DNA of 62,294 nucleotides from a virus (Duplodnaviria; Caudoviricetes): positions 1 to 62,294 of the IMG/VR virus record IMGVR_UViG_3300036790_000128; one strand, written 5' to 3'. This document shows positions 17,460-25,572 of the stretch, piece by piece. Made by a program: the position numbers and the translations under genes. Position 1 is the first letter of the stretch. The number at the start of each line of letters is the position of its first letter. Below the pieces are notes generated by a model. That model was not told the origin of the DNA. It searched no databases and was given only the letters and a program-made list of their open reading frames with translations.

Positions 17460-18503
17460 ATGCCCCCGCACGCCGACGTGCTGCAATGGGAACATCTGCC
17501 GTTCCCCAAGTCGCTCCGGGACTTTCAGCGGCTGTTCCCGGACGACGCGGCCTGCGCTCGATACCTGGAAGGCGCCAAGTGGCCAAAGGGCTTTGAGTGC
17601 CCGCACTGCCACGAAAAGGGCGAGCCGTTCCGCATGGCGACGCGGACCAGCGTCCTGACCTGCCGCAAATGCCGCAAGCAAACGTCGCTGACGGTTGGGA
17701 CCGTGATGGCCCGGACGCATACGCCCCTGACAACGTGGTTTTGGGGCGCGTATCTGGTCTCGACCGTGACTCCGGGCATATCCGCCGTCCAATTCCAGCG
17801 CCAGCTTGGCCTTACCGTTTACGAGACGGCGTTCGGCATCCTGCACAAGCTCCGCGCTGGCATGGTGCGCCAAGGCCGCGACCGGATCGGCGGCAACCTT
17901 GGCCGTGGCGATCACGTCGAAATTGACGAAACCTGGATTGGCGGCAAGACGCGCGGCGAAGGCCCGGGCACTCACGATATGACGCTGGTCGCTGCCGCGG
18001 TCGAAGTCCGCACGCGCCCGGCCAAGAAGGGCGACAAGCCCGCGCGGCGCGGCGGTCGCTATGCCGGTCGCCTTCGCCTCGAAATCGTGCCAACACGCGG
18101 TGCCAAGTCGCTGTGCGGCTTTGTAGAAGCGGCGGTAGAGCCGGGCGCCATGGTCATCACGGACGCATGGGGCGGCTACAATGGGCTTGGTGCCCTCGGC
18201 TATGACCATCTGCCGGTCGCGCAAGCCGACGATCCCAAGGTGGCCGAAGAGTACCTGCCGATCATCCACCTTGTTTTCAGCAATCTCAAAGCGTGGCTGC
18301 ACGGCACGCATCACGGGGCGATCAGCCCCAAGCATCTGCAAACTTACCTCAATGAGTTCACGTTCCGATTTAACCGGCGCTTCTATCCCTTCAATGCGTT
18401 CCGCTCGTTGCTCGGCATCGGAACGAACGGCGAAGGCCCGACTTACGACGGGCTGTACGACGGAACCTGGAAACACGCGACGATGGAAAGCCATCATGAC
18501 TAA
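17460..18503 (+). CDS. IS1595-family DDE transposase
   Basis: Zn ribbon CPHC...CRKC, VEIDETWIGG, ITDAWGGY, KHLQTYLNEFTFRFNRR. Confidence 0.95.
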   Translation: MPPHADVLQWEHLPFPKSLRDFQRLFPDDAACARYLEGAKWPKGFECPHCHEKGEPFRMATRTSVLTCRKCRKQTSLTVGTVMARTHTPLTTWFWGAYLVSTVTPGISAVQFQRQLGLTVYETAFGILHKLRAGMVRQGRDRIGGNLGRGDHVEIDETWIGGKTRGEGPGTHDMTLVAAAVEVRTRPAKKGDKPARRGGRYAGRLRLEIVPTRGAKSLCGFVEAAVEPGAMVITDAWGGYNGLGALGYDHLPVAQADDPKVAEEYLPIIHLVFSNLKAWLHGTHHGAISPKHLQTYLNEFTFRFNRRFYPFNAFRSLLGIGTNGEGPTYDGLYDGTWKHATMESHHD

Positions 18504-19285
18504 TCAACCCGTGGGGTCTGTATGTTCAAAGCCGATAGGCATGCATCGATCCATACTGCGGTGATTTCATTTGGGGGCAACGGCGTCGCCGCGTGCTTTT
18601 CGAGATAGGCGATGGCTTTCTGTAGTACGCCAGCATCATCATCGGCCCACCCGAGCAGCGCATTGCATCGATGACAGATTAACTCACGCACCTTGCTTGT
18701 GCGATGGTCGTGATCAATGGCGAGGGGACGGATTTGGCCTAGGCGGTCACGCGCGGTTTCTTCGGCACCACAGATCGCGCATTTATCTTCTTGCTGTTGA
18801 CGCATCGCATTATATTGCTCGCGCGAGAGGTTGTATTTTTTTCTCATATCCCAGGTCCGTGTGTACACGCGCTTTTCTTCAAGAGTTCGGTTCTGCTTAC
18901 CGCCGTCGATCGGCTCGCGCCAGACCATGTTATTCTTGGACCAAGGGATTGTTGGATCAGGGCGCCGCAACTGATGGCGGACTGATGGCTGGATACCAAT
19001 GTCTTCAAGGAAGCCTGCAAAATCGTCCCATTTTGGCGGGTATGCTCCACGGGCCCGTGACCGGAGAAGCTTCCAGACATTCTTCAAAGGCGGTTGCGCT
19101 CGTTGGTAGTGAAAGGAACAGAGATTTTTCGCGAACGCATCCTTATCACAGCCGACGACTGAGCATTTTCCCTGGTTGACGACGTTCTTTCGCTCGATTG
19201 TTCCATTGCGCCGGAGCCGCCAATAACACGCCTGACAGAAACCACGCGCAAAGGTCTTATCTGCACCACATCCTGAGCAAGCCAT
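18500..19285 (-). CDS. Endonuclease VII/HNH homing-type endonuclease; 3' end displaced by the IS
   Basis: CAICG...LAIDHDH...VRELICHRCNALLG; the original C-terminus continues at 16877-16808. Confidence 0.88.
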   Translation of the reverse strand: MACSGCGADKTFARGFCQACYWRLRRNGTIERKNVVNQGKCSVVGCDKDAFAKNLCSFHYQRAQPPLKNVWKLLRSRARGAYPPKWDDFAGFLEDIGIQPSVRHQLRRPDPTIPWSKNNMVWREPIDGGKQNRTLEEKRVYTRTWDMRKKYNLSREQYNAMRQQQEDKCAICGAEETARDRLGQIRPLAIDHDHRTSKVRELICHRCNALLGWADDDAGVLQKAIAYLEKHAATPLPPNEITAVWIDACLSALNIQTPRVD

Positions 19286-19360
19286 GACTTTTACCTCGCA
19301 TTATGTTGCCTGATTGACTACGCAATTCATAATGCGATATTGCATATACAATGTCAATGG

Positions 19361-19391
19361 AAAAGAAAAAGGCCCGGACTAGCCGAGCCTC
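19361..19391 (-). terminator. Rho-independent terminator after the major capsid gene
   Basis: AGGCTCGG-CTAGT-CCGGGCCT followed by TTTTCTTTT. Confidence 0.8.
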
Positions 19392-19425
19392 TATAATCCT
19401 AAGTAGTTGATTATATTACGCTATT

Positions 19426-20346
19426 TCATACACCGGGCGTCCCATAGTAGTTTCGCCAGTCGGTGATCCCTGCCGAAAATCGCATATATTGGGCCGCCTT
19501 AGCGTTCTTGGTATCGAATTCATTATCAGTGTCAAAGAGCGGCCGATCTCTCCACATGAACCGCGCCCCGTAAGGGCAGTTGGTGCGGATAAACCACGCC
19601 GTTGCCGACGTGAGGTAGTGGTTGACCATGATCCCCTTCGGGAACATGCCGGTCGCCTTGAGCACGTTGATCGCGTTGTTCGCCGTGTCGTTCTGCAGGA
19701 TAGAATGCAAGATGCGATTGGCATCGAACCAGTTCTGCGGCGCGATGCCGAGCGCTTGAGGAACCAGCGCGATCTTGTTGCCGCGGTAGTCCGACGCCTG
19801 CATGATCTGGATCGAGAGGTCTTCGATCGCCGTCTCCGAGAGGTCCGCGGACGTGGTCAGCAGGTTCGACTGGTTGCCGACGATCGATGGATGCGAAGCG
19901 GAAATTGCCGCCGCGCCGTCGCCGATCGGATAGGAGGTGTTGAATGCTTGGTTGAAGACGTTGGCGCCGATGATTTCCTCGGTCTGCCGGCCGGCGAAGG
20001 CGAGCATGGCGGCGCGTCTTTTCGACACGACTTCGTAGAGGTTGTCGCGCAATTCTTCGAAGGTGACGATGTAGCCGCCGGCGTAGGCGACGTGCGTGTA
20101 GCGGGTGATCGCGCCCTGGACCTCGGTGTCGTAGTTGAGTGCCGCGCCCTGATCCTTTTCACGAAGCACGCCGAAGCCGGAGATTTCGACATCTTCCTCG
20201 TAGGCTTTGTCCGAGGTTTCGACATCGAACCATTCCGGGTATTCCTGCATGTGTTCGGCATATTGCCGTCCCCACCAGGTCTTGATTCCGGGCCATAATG
20301 CTTTCGGGTGGGCTCCAGTAGTGATGACGCCGCCGATGGTAGCCAT
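19426..20346 (-). CDS. Major capsid protein
   Basis: PKALWPGI, SDKAYEED, HYLTSATAWFI and RFSAGITDWR motifs; followed by a terminator. Confidence 0.9.
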   Translation of the reverse strand: MATIGGVITTGAHPKALWPGIKTWWGRQYAEHMQEYPEWFDVETSDKAYEEDVEISGFGVLREKDQGAALNYDTEVQGAITRYTHVAYAGGYIVTFEELRDNLYEVVSKRRAAMLAFAGRQTEEIIGANVFNQAFNTSYPIGDGAAAISASHPSIVGNQSNLLTTSADLSETAIEDLSIQIMQASDYRGNKIALVPQALGIAPQNWFDANRILHSILQNDTANNAINVLKATGMFPKGIMVNHYLTSATAWFIRTNCPYGARFMWRDRPLFDTDNEFDTKNAKAAQYMRFSAGITDWRNYYGTPGV

Positions 20347-20376
20347 GTGCGTATTCTCCTATGGGTTTTCAGCGGC

Positions 20377-20982
20377 TTAGATGCCGACCGTATCCGGCCG
20401 CAGAACTGGAATGTTGATGAAGATGTTCCAGCGCGCGTAAGTGCCGATGGCATTGTCGGGGCCACGGGTGAGACCGATGACCTTGACCTGATCGCCTGCA
20501 GCGCCAACCCCAACGCCGGCGCTTACAAGCATCCAGCTTGAGAGGCCGGTCACTGTCGATCCGCCGGCGCCAGCCTGGAGATTTCCGTTGGCATAGCCGC
20601 CAGTCGTGATGGCAATTGCGCCACTGACGCTGTCCTCCTGGACCGTGTAGAGCACGTCCGGGTCGTCACAGATGTAACCGTAAGACGAGATCGATGCCGG
20701 GCGATAAATGAAATCGCTCTGCAGCAAGGTGATGCCGGACCCGGCTGGCCCGTTGCCTCGGCCCATGAAACAGCCACCGATGATGTTGGTCGTGCCGGCG
20801 GTGGCAATGCCCCATTCGGGCACACCGAAGGCGTCCGTGCTCCCAAGTGGAATCAGCGGATCGCCAATGAAAATATTACCGGCTTGAGATGTCGGAAAGT
20901 GCGCGAGCTTCATCTGGCCCGACCATGCGGTGCCATTGAGATTGATGGGCTTGAGCCCAAAAGGAGCGTTGTTGTTCGCCAT
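20377..20982 (-). CDS. Capsid decoration/cement-like protein
   Basis: MANNNAPFGLKP start (ATG 20982), IFIGDP and DDPDVLYTVQED motifs; upstream of the capsid gene. Confidence 0.7.
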   Translation of the reverse strand: MANNNAPFGLKPINLNGTAWSGQMKLAHFPTSQAGNIFIGDPLIPLGSTDAFGVPEWGIATAGTTNIIGGCFMGRGNGPAGSGITLLQSDFIYRPASISSYGYICDDPDVLYTVQEDSVSGAIAITTGGYANGNLQAGAGGSTVTGLSSWMLVSAGVGVGAAGDQVKVIGLTRGPDNAIGTYARWNIFINIPVLRPDTVGI

Positions 20983-21083
20983 GGCCCAAGGCCCTCCAGC
21001 GTGCAAGAGAAAACGGACAGAGCGCAGCCGAATTTCTGCGCTCGACGTTCTGCCTCAATGCCTGGAATGCCTTGGGGGCTTTA

Positions 21084-21647
21084 TCAGCCCTTGGTAACCT
21101 GGATCGGGTCTGAGCCGCGATCTTCGTGGGGATTATAGAACTTGCCTTGGTCGGATGACTGGGCTTGGCCCGCTTGTGCGACGGCGATCTTTTTCTTGAT
21201 CGCGTCCACTTTGTCTTGGGCGATCTTGTGCTTGTGACTCTGTTCTTCGTCCCAGAAGACTTCCGGCAGTTCCATGGCGTAGGCCCACAGAACCCCGTTG
21301 TCTCGCCCCGTGCCTACCACCCTCTTCGTGGGTGTGCCGTCCGGTTTCTTGACGTGCGACCAGCCGCTTGCTTTTGCCTCATCGACGCGGCCGGCGACAT
21401 CATTGAACCAATGTCGGTGATAGCCGATTCGGGGCGGCAGGTAAAGTTTTTGCGACATCGCGGCGCCGAACGGTTTTCGGATTTGCCGGATGCGGGCAAT
21501 GGCGTCGTCGAGGGATTCACCGGGCTTTGGCTCACTGTTGGCCGCTAGTGTGTGATCAGCGGACAGGCCGTTATCCACAGCAACCGACTCGCTCTTGCCA
21601 AAGATGGAGTCGCCAGGGTTTTGTGGGCTGCGTTTGGTGTCGGCCAT
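21084..21647 (-). CDS. Conserved head-region protein
   Basis: PPRIGYHRHWFND...GW motif typical between scaffold and capsid genes. Confidence 0.65.
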   Translation of the reverse strand: MADTKRSPQNPGDSIFGKSESVAVDNGLSADHTLAANSEPKPGESLDDAIARIRQIRKPFGAAMSQKLYLPPRIGYHRHWFNDVAGRVDEAKASGWSHVKKPDGTPTKRVVGTGRDNGVLWAYAMELPEVFWDEEQSHKHKIAQDKVDAIKKKIAVAQAGQAQSSDQGKFYNPHEDRGSDPIQVTKG

Positions 21648-21671
21648 TTGGGTTTTCCTTTTAGGACAGGA

Positions 21672-21720
21672 TTTGTGTCACGATGGGGCCTTCGTGGGAT
21701 GGGCGCCGGACTCGGTCAAC
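21672..21720 (-). repeat. 49-bp dispersed repeat R6 (unpaired)
   Basis: Reverse complement identical to R12. Confidence 0.92.
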
Positions 21721-21730
21721 GGTCGGCTGC

Positions 21731-22840
21731 TTACTGTCGCCCATTGGGCTGACTCCGCTTCTGCTGCTGCAGCGTGATCACGTCGGCATGAGGATCGGCA
21801 TAGAGCGCCATGTATTCAGCTTCGGAGTAATCAGGCAGATTGCGTTTGATGCGATTGTAGGCGTCGCGCGCTTCGGTGCGCTCGGCAGGATCGGCGATGG
21901 AGTTGATCGTTGCGGCTTGACCATTGGACCGCGGCGCCGGGGCGTCTCCGGTGGGCGCGGAAACCGACGCTGCGCGACGCCGGGGCGGGGCTGAGCGTGC
22001 AGCCGGCTCATCGCGGAGCGGGGCGGCACCGAACGCGCGAGGGTATGCATCCATGACACGATCCTTGGCTTCGTCCAGTAGCTCACGATCGAGTGCTGGA
22101 TCGTTGTTGAGCATATCTTGCGTGATGCCGCGCTCGCGCAAGACTTCGTTGTGGTGGGCGATCATTGCGGCATTGAGAACCGGCGTCGAATTGAACCACG
22201 CATTCGAGGCGACGAACTCCTTTATCGGCGTCGATACATTGAGCGGGGCCGTTGCTGTTGGAAGAGGCGGCGCGGCCGTGACCGTGATGCCGGAATCGGT
22301 TGTGATGGCGGTCGTGGCAGGCGTCGCCATGCTGCGGGATTCGCGCAAGGCGTCTTCCTGCTGGTCAAATTGTTGATACGCCTTGGTGTCCCCTGCCTCG
22401 ACGGCAGCGGCTTTCTTTGTCTTGATATCCGCCATCGCCCGATCATAGCCGCGCTGGTCGGCCTTGCGGCCCATATCGCGTAGGTCCTTGATGATCTGTA
22501 GTTGCTCGGTTGACGAGGTGCGTAAGCCACCGACTTCACTCTCAAGCCGATTGACCCGTTCCAGCAGACGACGGTTTTGATCGCGGACGATCGGCAACAC
22601 TTCCTCGCCGCGGCTAATAAATTCAGCGGCAGGTTTCCAGGTTCCGGCACGGCCGCGAAACTCCGCAAGCGGCTTCCAGCCCATCTCGCGAGCGCGAGTT
22701 TCGATGGCAGGATCGGCTCCGTTGCTCGGTGCGGCGTCATCGGCCGCCTCAAGTTCCGGCGTGGCCGCATCGATTGCCGCGTCGTCGAGCTCGGCGCCGC
22801 TCATCTGCGGGATGCTGGATTCAACTGTGGTGCCTGCCAT
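21731..22840 (-). CDS. Scaffolding protein
   Basis: AREMGWKP...WKPAAEFI, coiled coil, FVASNAWF; true start probably ATG 22840 after RBS AAGGA. Confidence 0.78.
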   Translation of the reverse strand: MAGTTVESSIPQMSGAELDDAAIDAATPELEAADDAAPSNGADPAIETRAREMGWKPLAEFRGRAGTWKPAAEFISRGEEVLPIVRDQNRRLLERVNRLESEVGGLRTSSTEQLQIIKDLRDMGRKADQRGYDRAMADIKTKKAAAVEAGDTKAYQQFDQQEDALRESRSMATPATTAITTDSGITVTAAPPLPTATAPLNVSTPIKEFVASNAWFNSTPVLNAAMIAHHNEVLRERGITQDMLNNDPALDRELLDEAKDRVMDAYPRAFGAAPLRDEPAARSAPPRRRAASVSAPTGDAPAPRSNGQAATINSIADPAERTEARDAYNRIKRNLPDYSEAEYMALYADPHADVITLQQQKRSQPNGRQ

Positions 22841-22851
22841 GGGTTTTCCTT

Positions 22852-23436
22852 CATGCTTATCCGGTTTAGACACACAGCCCTACATCTTGTGTTTGCTGTT
22901 TTGCGCGTAGCTCGGCGCGAATTTCCATCCAAAGCTGGCCGAGCATATTCTTGCCGTCGTGGCTTGGCCCCCAACCCCAAAAGGCGTCGCGCCAGCTATC
23001 CTCGATTAGTTCGCGTCCGCTGGTCGCCAAGAGCTTGCGGCGCACGTATTCGTGCTGTTCGGCCTTAGAGCGAAGAATGTCTCGCATAATGCTAACGCGA
23101 ACCGCATTCCAGTCCGGTCTACGCCTATCCGCAGATGCTTCCGCAATCTTAAAGGCGTCATGGGCAGACGATGCGCGCCGTATCGCGTAGCAAATATCGC
23201 ATTCGTGGCCCGCTGGGACATCCTGCTCATTCTTGTGGGCGAATTTTTCCCAATGATACGCCGCCTCCGACGTGTCGAAGCGCCAGCCCTTCCATTGGAG
23301 GGTAAAGGCAGAGAAATTTGACAGGACGTAAAAGTCCTGCTCGTAGAAAAAGACCTGCGTTTCGGTGTCGAGTTTGTGCGTTTCGATCAACATCTAGTAG
23401 CTCTCACCGTTTGAGTGTGGCAACCGGATAAGCATG
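22852..23436 (-). mobile_element. Non-autonomous IS1595-type cassette carrying NADAR
   Basis: TIRs CATGCTTATCCGGTT at both ends; 8-bp TSD TTTTCCTT at 22844-22851 and 23437-23444. Confidence 0.88.
22866..23393 (-). CDS. NADAR (YbiA-like) family protein
   Basis: LSNFS, TSEAAYHWEKF, RPDWNAVR, KAEQH...LLAT, EDSWRDAFWG, GKNMLGQLWMEIR. Confidence 0.92.
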   Translation of the reverse strand: MLIETHKLDTETQVFFYEQDFYVLSNFSAFTLQWKGWRFDTSEAAYHWEKFAHKNEQDVPAGHECDICYAIRRASSAHDAFKIAEASADRRRPDWNAVRVSIMRDILRSKAEQHEYVRRKLLATSGRELIEDSWRDAFWGWGPSHDGKNMLGQLWMEIRAELRAKQQTQDVGLCV

Positions 23437-23448
23437 TTTTCCTTCGCC

Positions 23449-23919
23449 CTATTTCGGTAGAACAACGGCTGGGGCGCGACCATTCGTTGAGACGTGGAAC
23501 GCCGTTGCGCCCTCCACAACATCCGATTCCGCCGCAGCTCCCTTCTCATACGTCGCACCGATCGCGCCGTAATCCATCATCCGATAGACCTTGCCATCAC
23601 GGCCGGTCACTTGCCGTCCCGCGTATTTCTCGATGAAGACGTAATCGCCCGGCTTCGGCTTTTCGCCGGTCCATGGGGTACAGTCTTCGTTGATCAGGAA
23701 GGCGCCGGGCGCACATGCCACGAGGACGCCGGTATCGGATGCGGCATTGAGTTGTTCTTCCTTGCCGGGATCGAACTCGATTCCGCCAGCGCTTCGCACG
23801 CATTTGTCCGTGAGTATCAGGACGGTCTTGCCGACGAGCCGGATACCGCTGGTGTCGGTTCCATTCCACTCTTCGGAGCGGTACTCGACGTTAATTCCGT
23901 TGATGAAGCGAATCGTCAA
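23449..23919 (-). CDS. GroES-like co-chaperonin
   Basis: GKTVLI...SAGGI...TGVLVA...KPGDYVFIEKYAG...DGKVYRMM. Confidence 0.75.
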   Translation of the reverse strand: MTIRFINGINVEYRSEEWNGTDTSGIRLVGKTVLILTDKCVRSAGGIEFDPGKEEQLNAASDTGVLVACAPGAFLINEDCTPWTGEKPKPGDYVFIEKYAGRQVTGRDGKVYRMMDYGAIGATYEKGAAAESDVVEGATAFHVSTNGRAPAVVLPK

Positions 23920-24196
23920 GTGTTTCCTCCACTTCCTGATTCCTGTAGAAATTCTGTATATGTTCGAGCTTAAGGGTATGCAACTCGCGGAGCGTCAGAA
24001 TGCGTCCTCGTAAGACCTCAGCCTGTGGATTGTCGATTCCGTTCTCAACCATATCGGCGGCGGCAGTTCTGAACGATTCGATCAGATCGTTCAAATAGGA
24101 CAGATAGGCTGACGTGATCGGATGGTGCTTCCATTGCCCGAAAGATTGCTCGGATAGTTCGAGCAGCAGGGTTTCGTGCGGGGGCTTCTGGGTCAT
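23891..24196 (-). CDS. Hypothetical head-region protein
   Basis: 101 aa, FGQWKHHPIT motif, overlaps its neighbours. Confidence 0.6.
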   Translation of the reverse strand: MTQKPPHETLLLELSEQSFGQWKHHPITSAYLSYLNDLIESFRTAAADMVENGIDNPQAEVLRGRILTLRELHTLKLEHIQNFYRNQEVEETLDDSLHQRN

Positions 24197-25572
24197 TGGG
24201 ACCTCGCCGCGAACGGATCATGATCGACGGGCTGGGTGGCAAAGTGCGACGCGCCGCCTGCGATCAGGCCAGCAAGGCCATATTTCTTGATGATGTCTAT
24301 GATCTTATCATCAAACACGACGTAGTTGCTGGTCGGCTTTGGCGCAGATTCATACGCCGCCCGAGCCGCAGCTTCGTCCGCCCCGCGATAATAGACTTGA
24401 CCATTTGGCATCTGCTTAACTAGCCATTGACCGTGCACAGTGTCCTTTGGTGACAGTATCTGTACCGGGGGGCCGCGCGATCCTTGATCTAGGTATTTGA
24501 TGCCGGGGATGCCTGCTTGGCGAAGCACTTCGGTAGCTTGGCTTTTGTCGCCGCTCGGCATGATGTAGTTTAAGGCCTGCTGACCATTCGTGTTTACTGA
24601 AAGTACGTCCTCGATCTTATCTTCTGGCCATTTACGCCGTGTTAGATTGTCCAAAAACGCCTGCCGCACGGAAGGACTTTGTTCGCTCATCGGCTTATCC
24701 CAATCAAGGAAACGCTCGGGATCGGCGTTGATGGAGACTTGGTAGGTCTTGCCACCAGCGTTCGTTATGTCCGCATCGCGAAATTGTTGTACTTGTTGGC
24801 GAACAGCGCTCGAAACATCTGGCGGCAAGCCCCGCTGCACTTTTGCAAAGTGCGAGTCATTAAGATCAAGGGCCATCATCGCGTCTTGATAGCGGTCAGA
24901 TGCCGTAGGTGAGCGAGACGACGCAAGATAACGTGCTGCTGTGGCCTCAATATTGTCTGCTGGCGGATTACCATTTATTAGATATTCAGGGCCGCCCAAC
25001 GCTTCTTTATATGCGTGCGCCGTCGCCGGATTCTCCGCGAAATAAAGCCCATGGCCATAAGCCTGTGCGCCTTCGCCCGTCCCGATCTTCGACAGATCGA
25101 ACTTGTCGAAATCGTAGGGACTGCCGTGATAGGCCGTAATGCCTTTGGCGACGGCTTCGGCTCCCGCCTCCAATGGCGCAGCCTCTTCCGCTTCCGGAGC
25201 CGCAACCCCAAGCATCACGCCGCCAGCGACTTGCGGAATATCCCTTGGGTCAACATGGCCCGTCCGCAGCATGTCACCCACGGTCATGCCTGCCTCGCCA
25301 ATCGGGCCTAGCGCACCGATGGTCATATCCGCCGCACGTTGCGGAAACCCCGCGACTTGTTCGGCAACACTCGGCTGAGCGACCGTCTGCCCTGACTTGG
25401 CGACGACGCCTTCTGCCGGCGCCTTGCTGACGCTGATCTCCGGTCGCCCCGTCGCTGGATTGACGTAAGGCGCCCATGGATCATGATCGACCGGCTGTAA
25501 TGTCACGCCGTCCGGCACCACTGGCTGCGGCGCGTTTGCAAACGGATCATGATCGACCGGAACCAAATCCAT
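24193..25572 (-). CDS. Accessory protein with ADP-ribosyltransferase-like (ART-PolyVal-like) domain
   Basis: AYHGSPYDFDKFD...GTGEGAQAYGHGLYFAE, GIPGIKYLD, NYVVFDD; three PVDHDP(F/W)A motifs. Confidence 0.65.
   Translation of the reverse strand: MDLVPVDHDPFANAPQPVVPDGVTLQPVDHDPWAPYVNPATGRPEISVSKAPAEGVVAKSGQTVAQPSVAEQVAGFPQRAADMTIGALGPIGEAGMTVGDMLRTGHVDPRDIPQVAGGVMLGVAAPEAEEAAPLEAGAEAVAKGITAYHGSPYDFDKFDLSKIGTGEGAQAYGHGLYFAENPATAHAYKEALGGPEYLINGNPPADNIEATAARYLASSRSPTASDRYQDAMMALDLNDSHFAKVQRGLPPDVSSAVRQQVQQFRDADITNAGGKTYQVSINADPERFLDWDKPMSEQSPSVRQAFLDNLTRRKWPEDKIEDVLSVNTNGQQALNYIMPSGDKSQATEVLRQAGIPGIKYLDQGSRGPPVQILSPKDTVHGQWLVKQMPNGQVYYRGADEAAARAAYESAPKPTSNYVVFDDKIIDIIKKYGLAGLIAGGASHFATQPVDHDPFAARSQ

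Larger units (their letters stand above)
16878..18543 (+). mobile_element. IS1595-family insertion sequence (ISSod11-like ends) with two passenger ORFs
   Basis: TIRs CATGCCTATCGG at both ends; 8-bp TSD CATCGATC at 16870-16877 and 18544-18551; transposase inside. Confidence 0.92.

Noticed and set aside
16869-18497. 542-aa minus-strand ORF
   Set aside because: Antisense shadow of the GC-rich transposase and passenger genes, with no recognisable motifs.
22841-22873. Scaffold start at 22873 as given by the ORF track
   Set aside because: That extension lies in the cassette TIR; ATG 22840 has the RBS.
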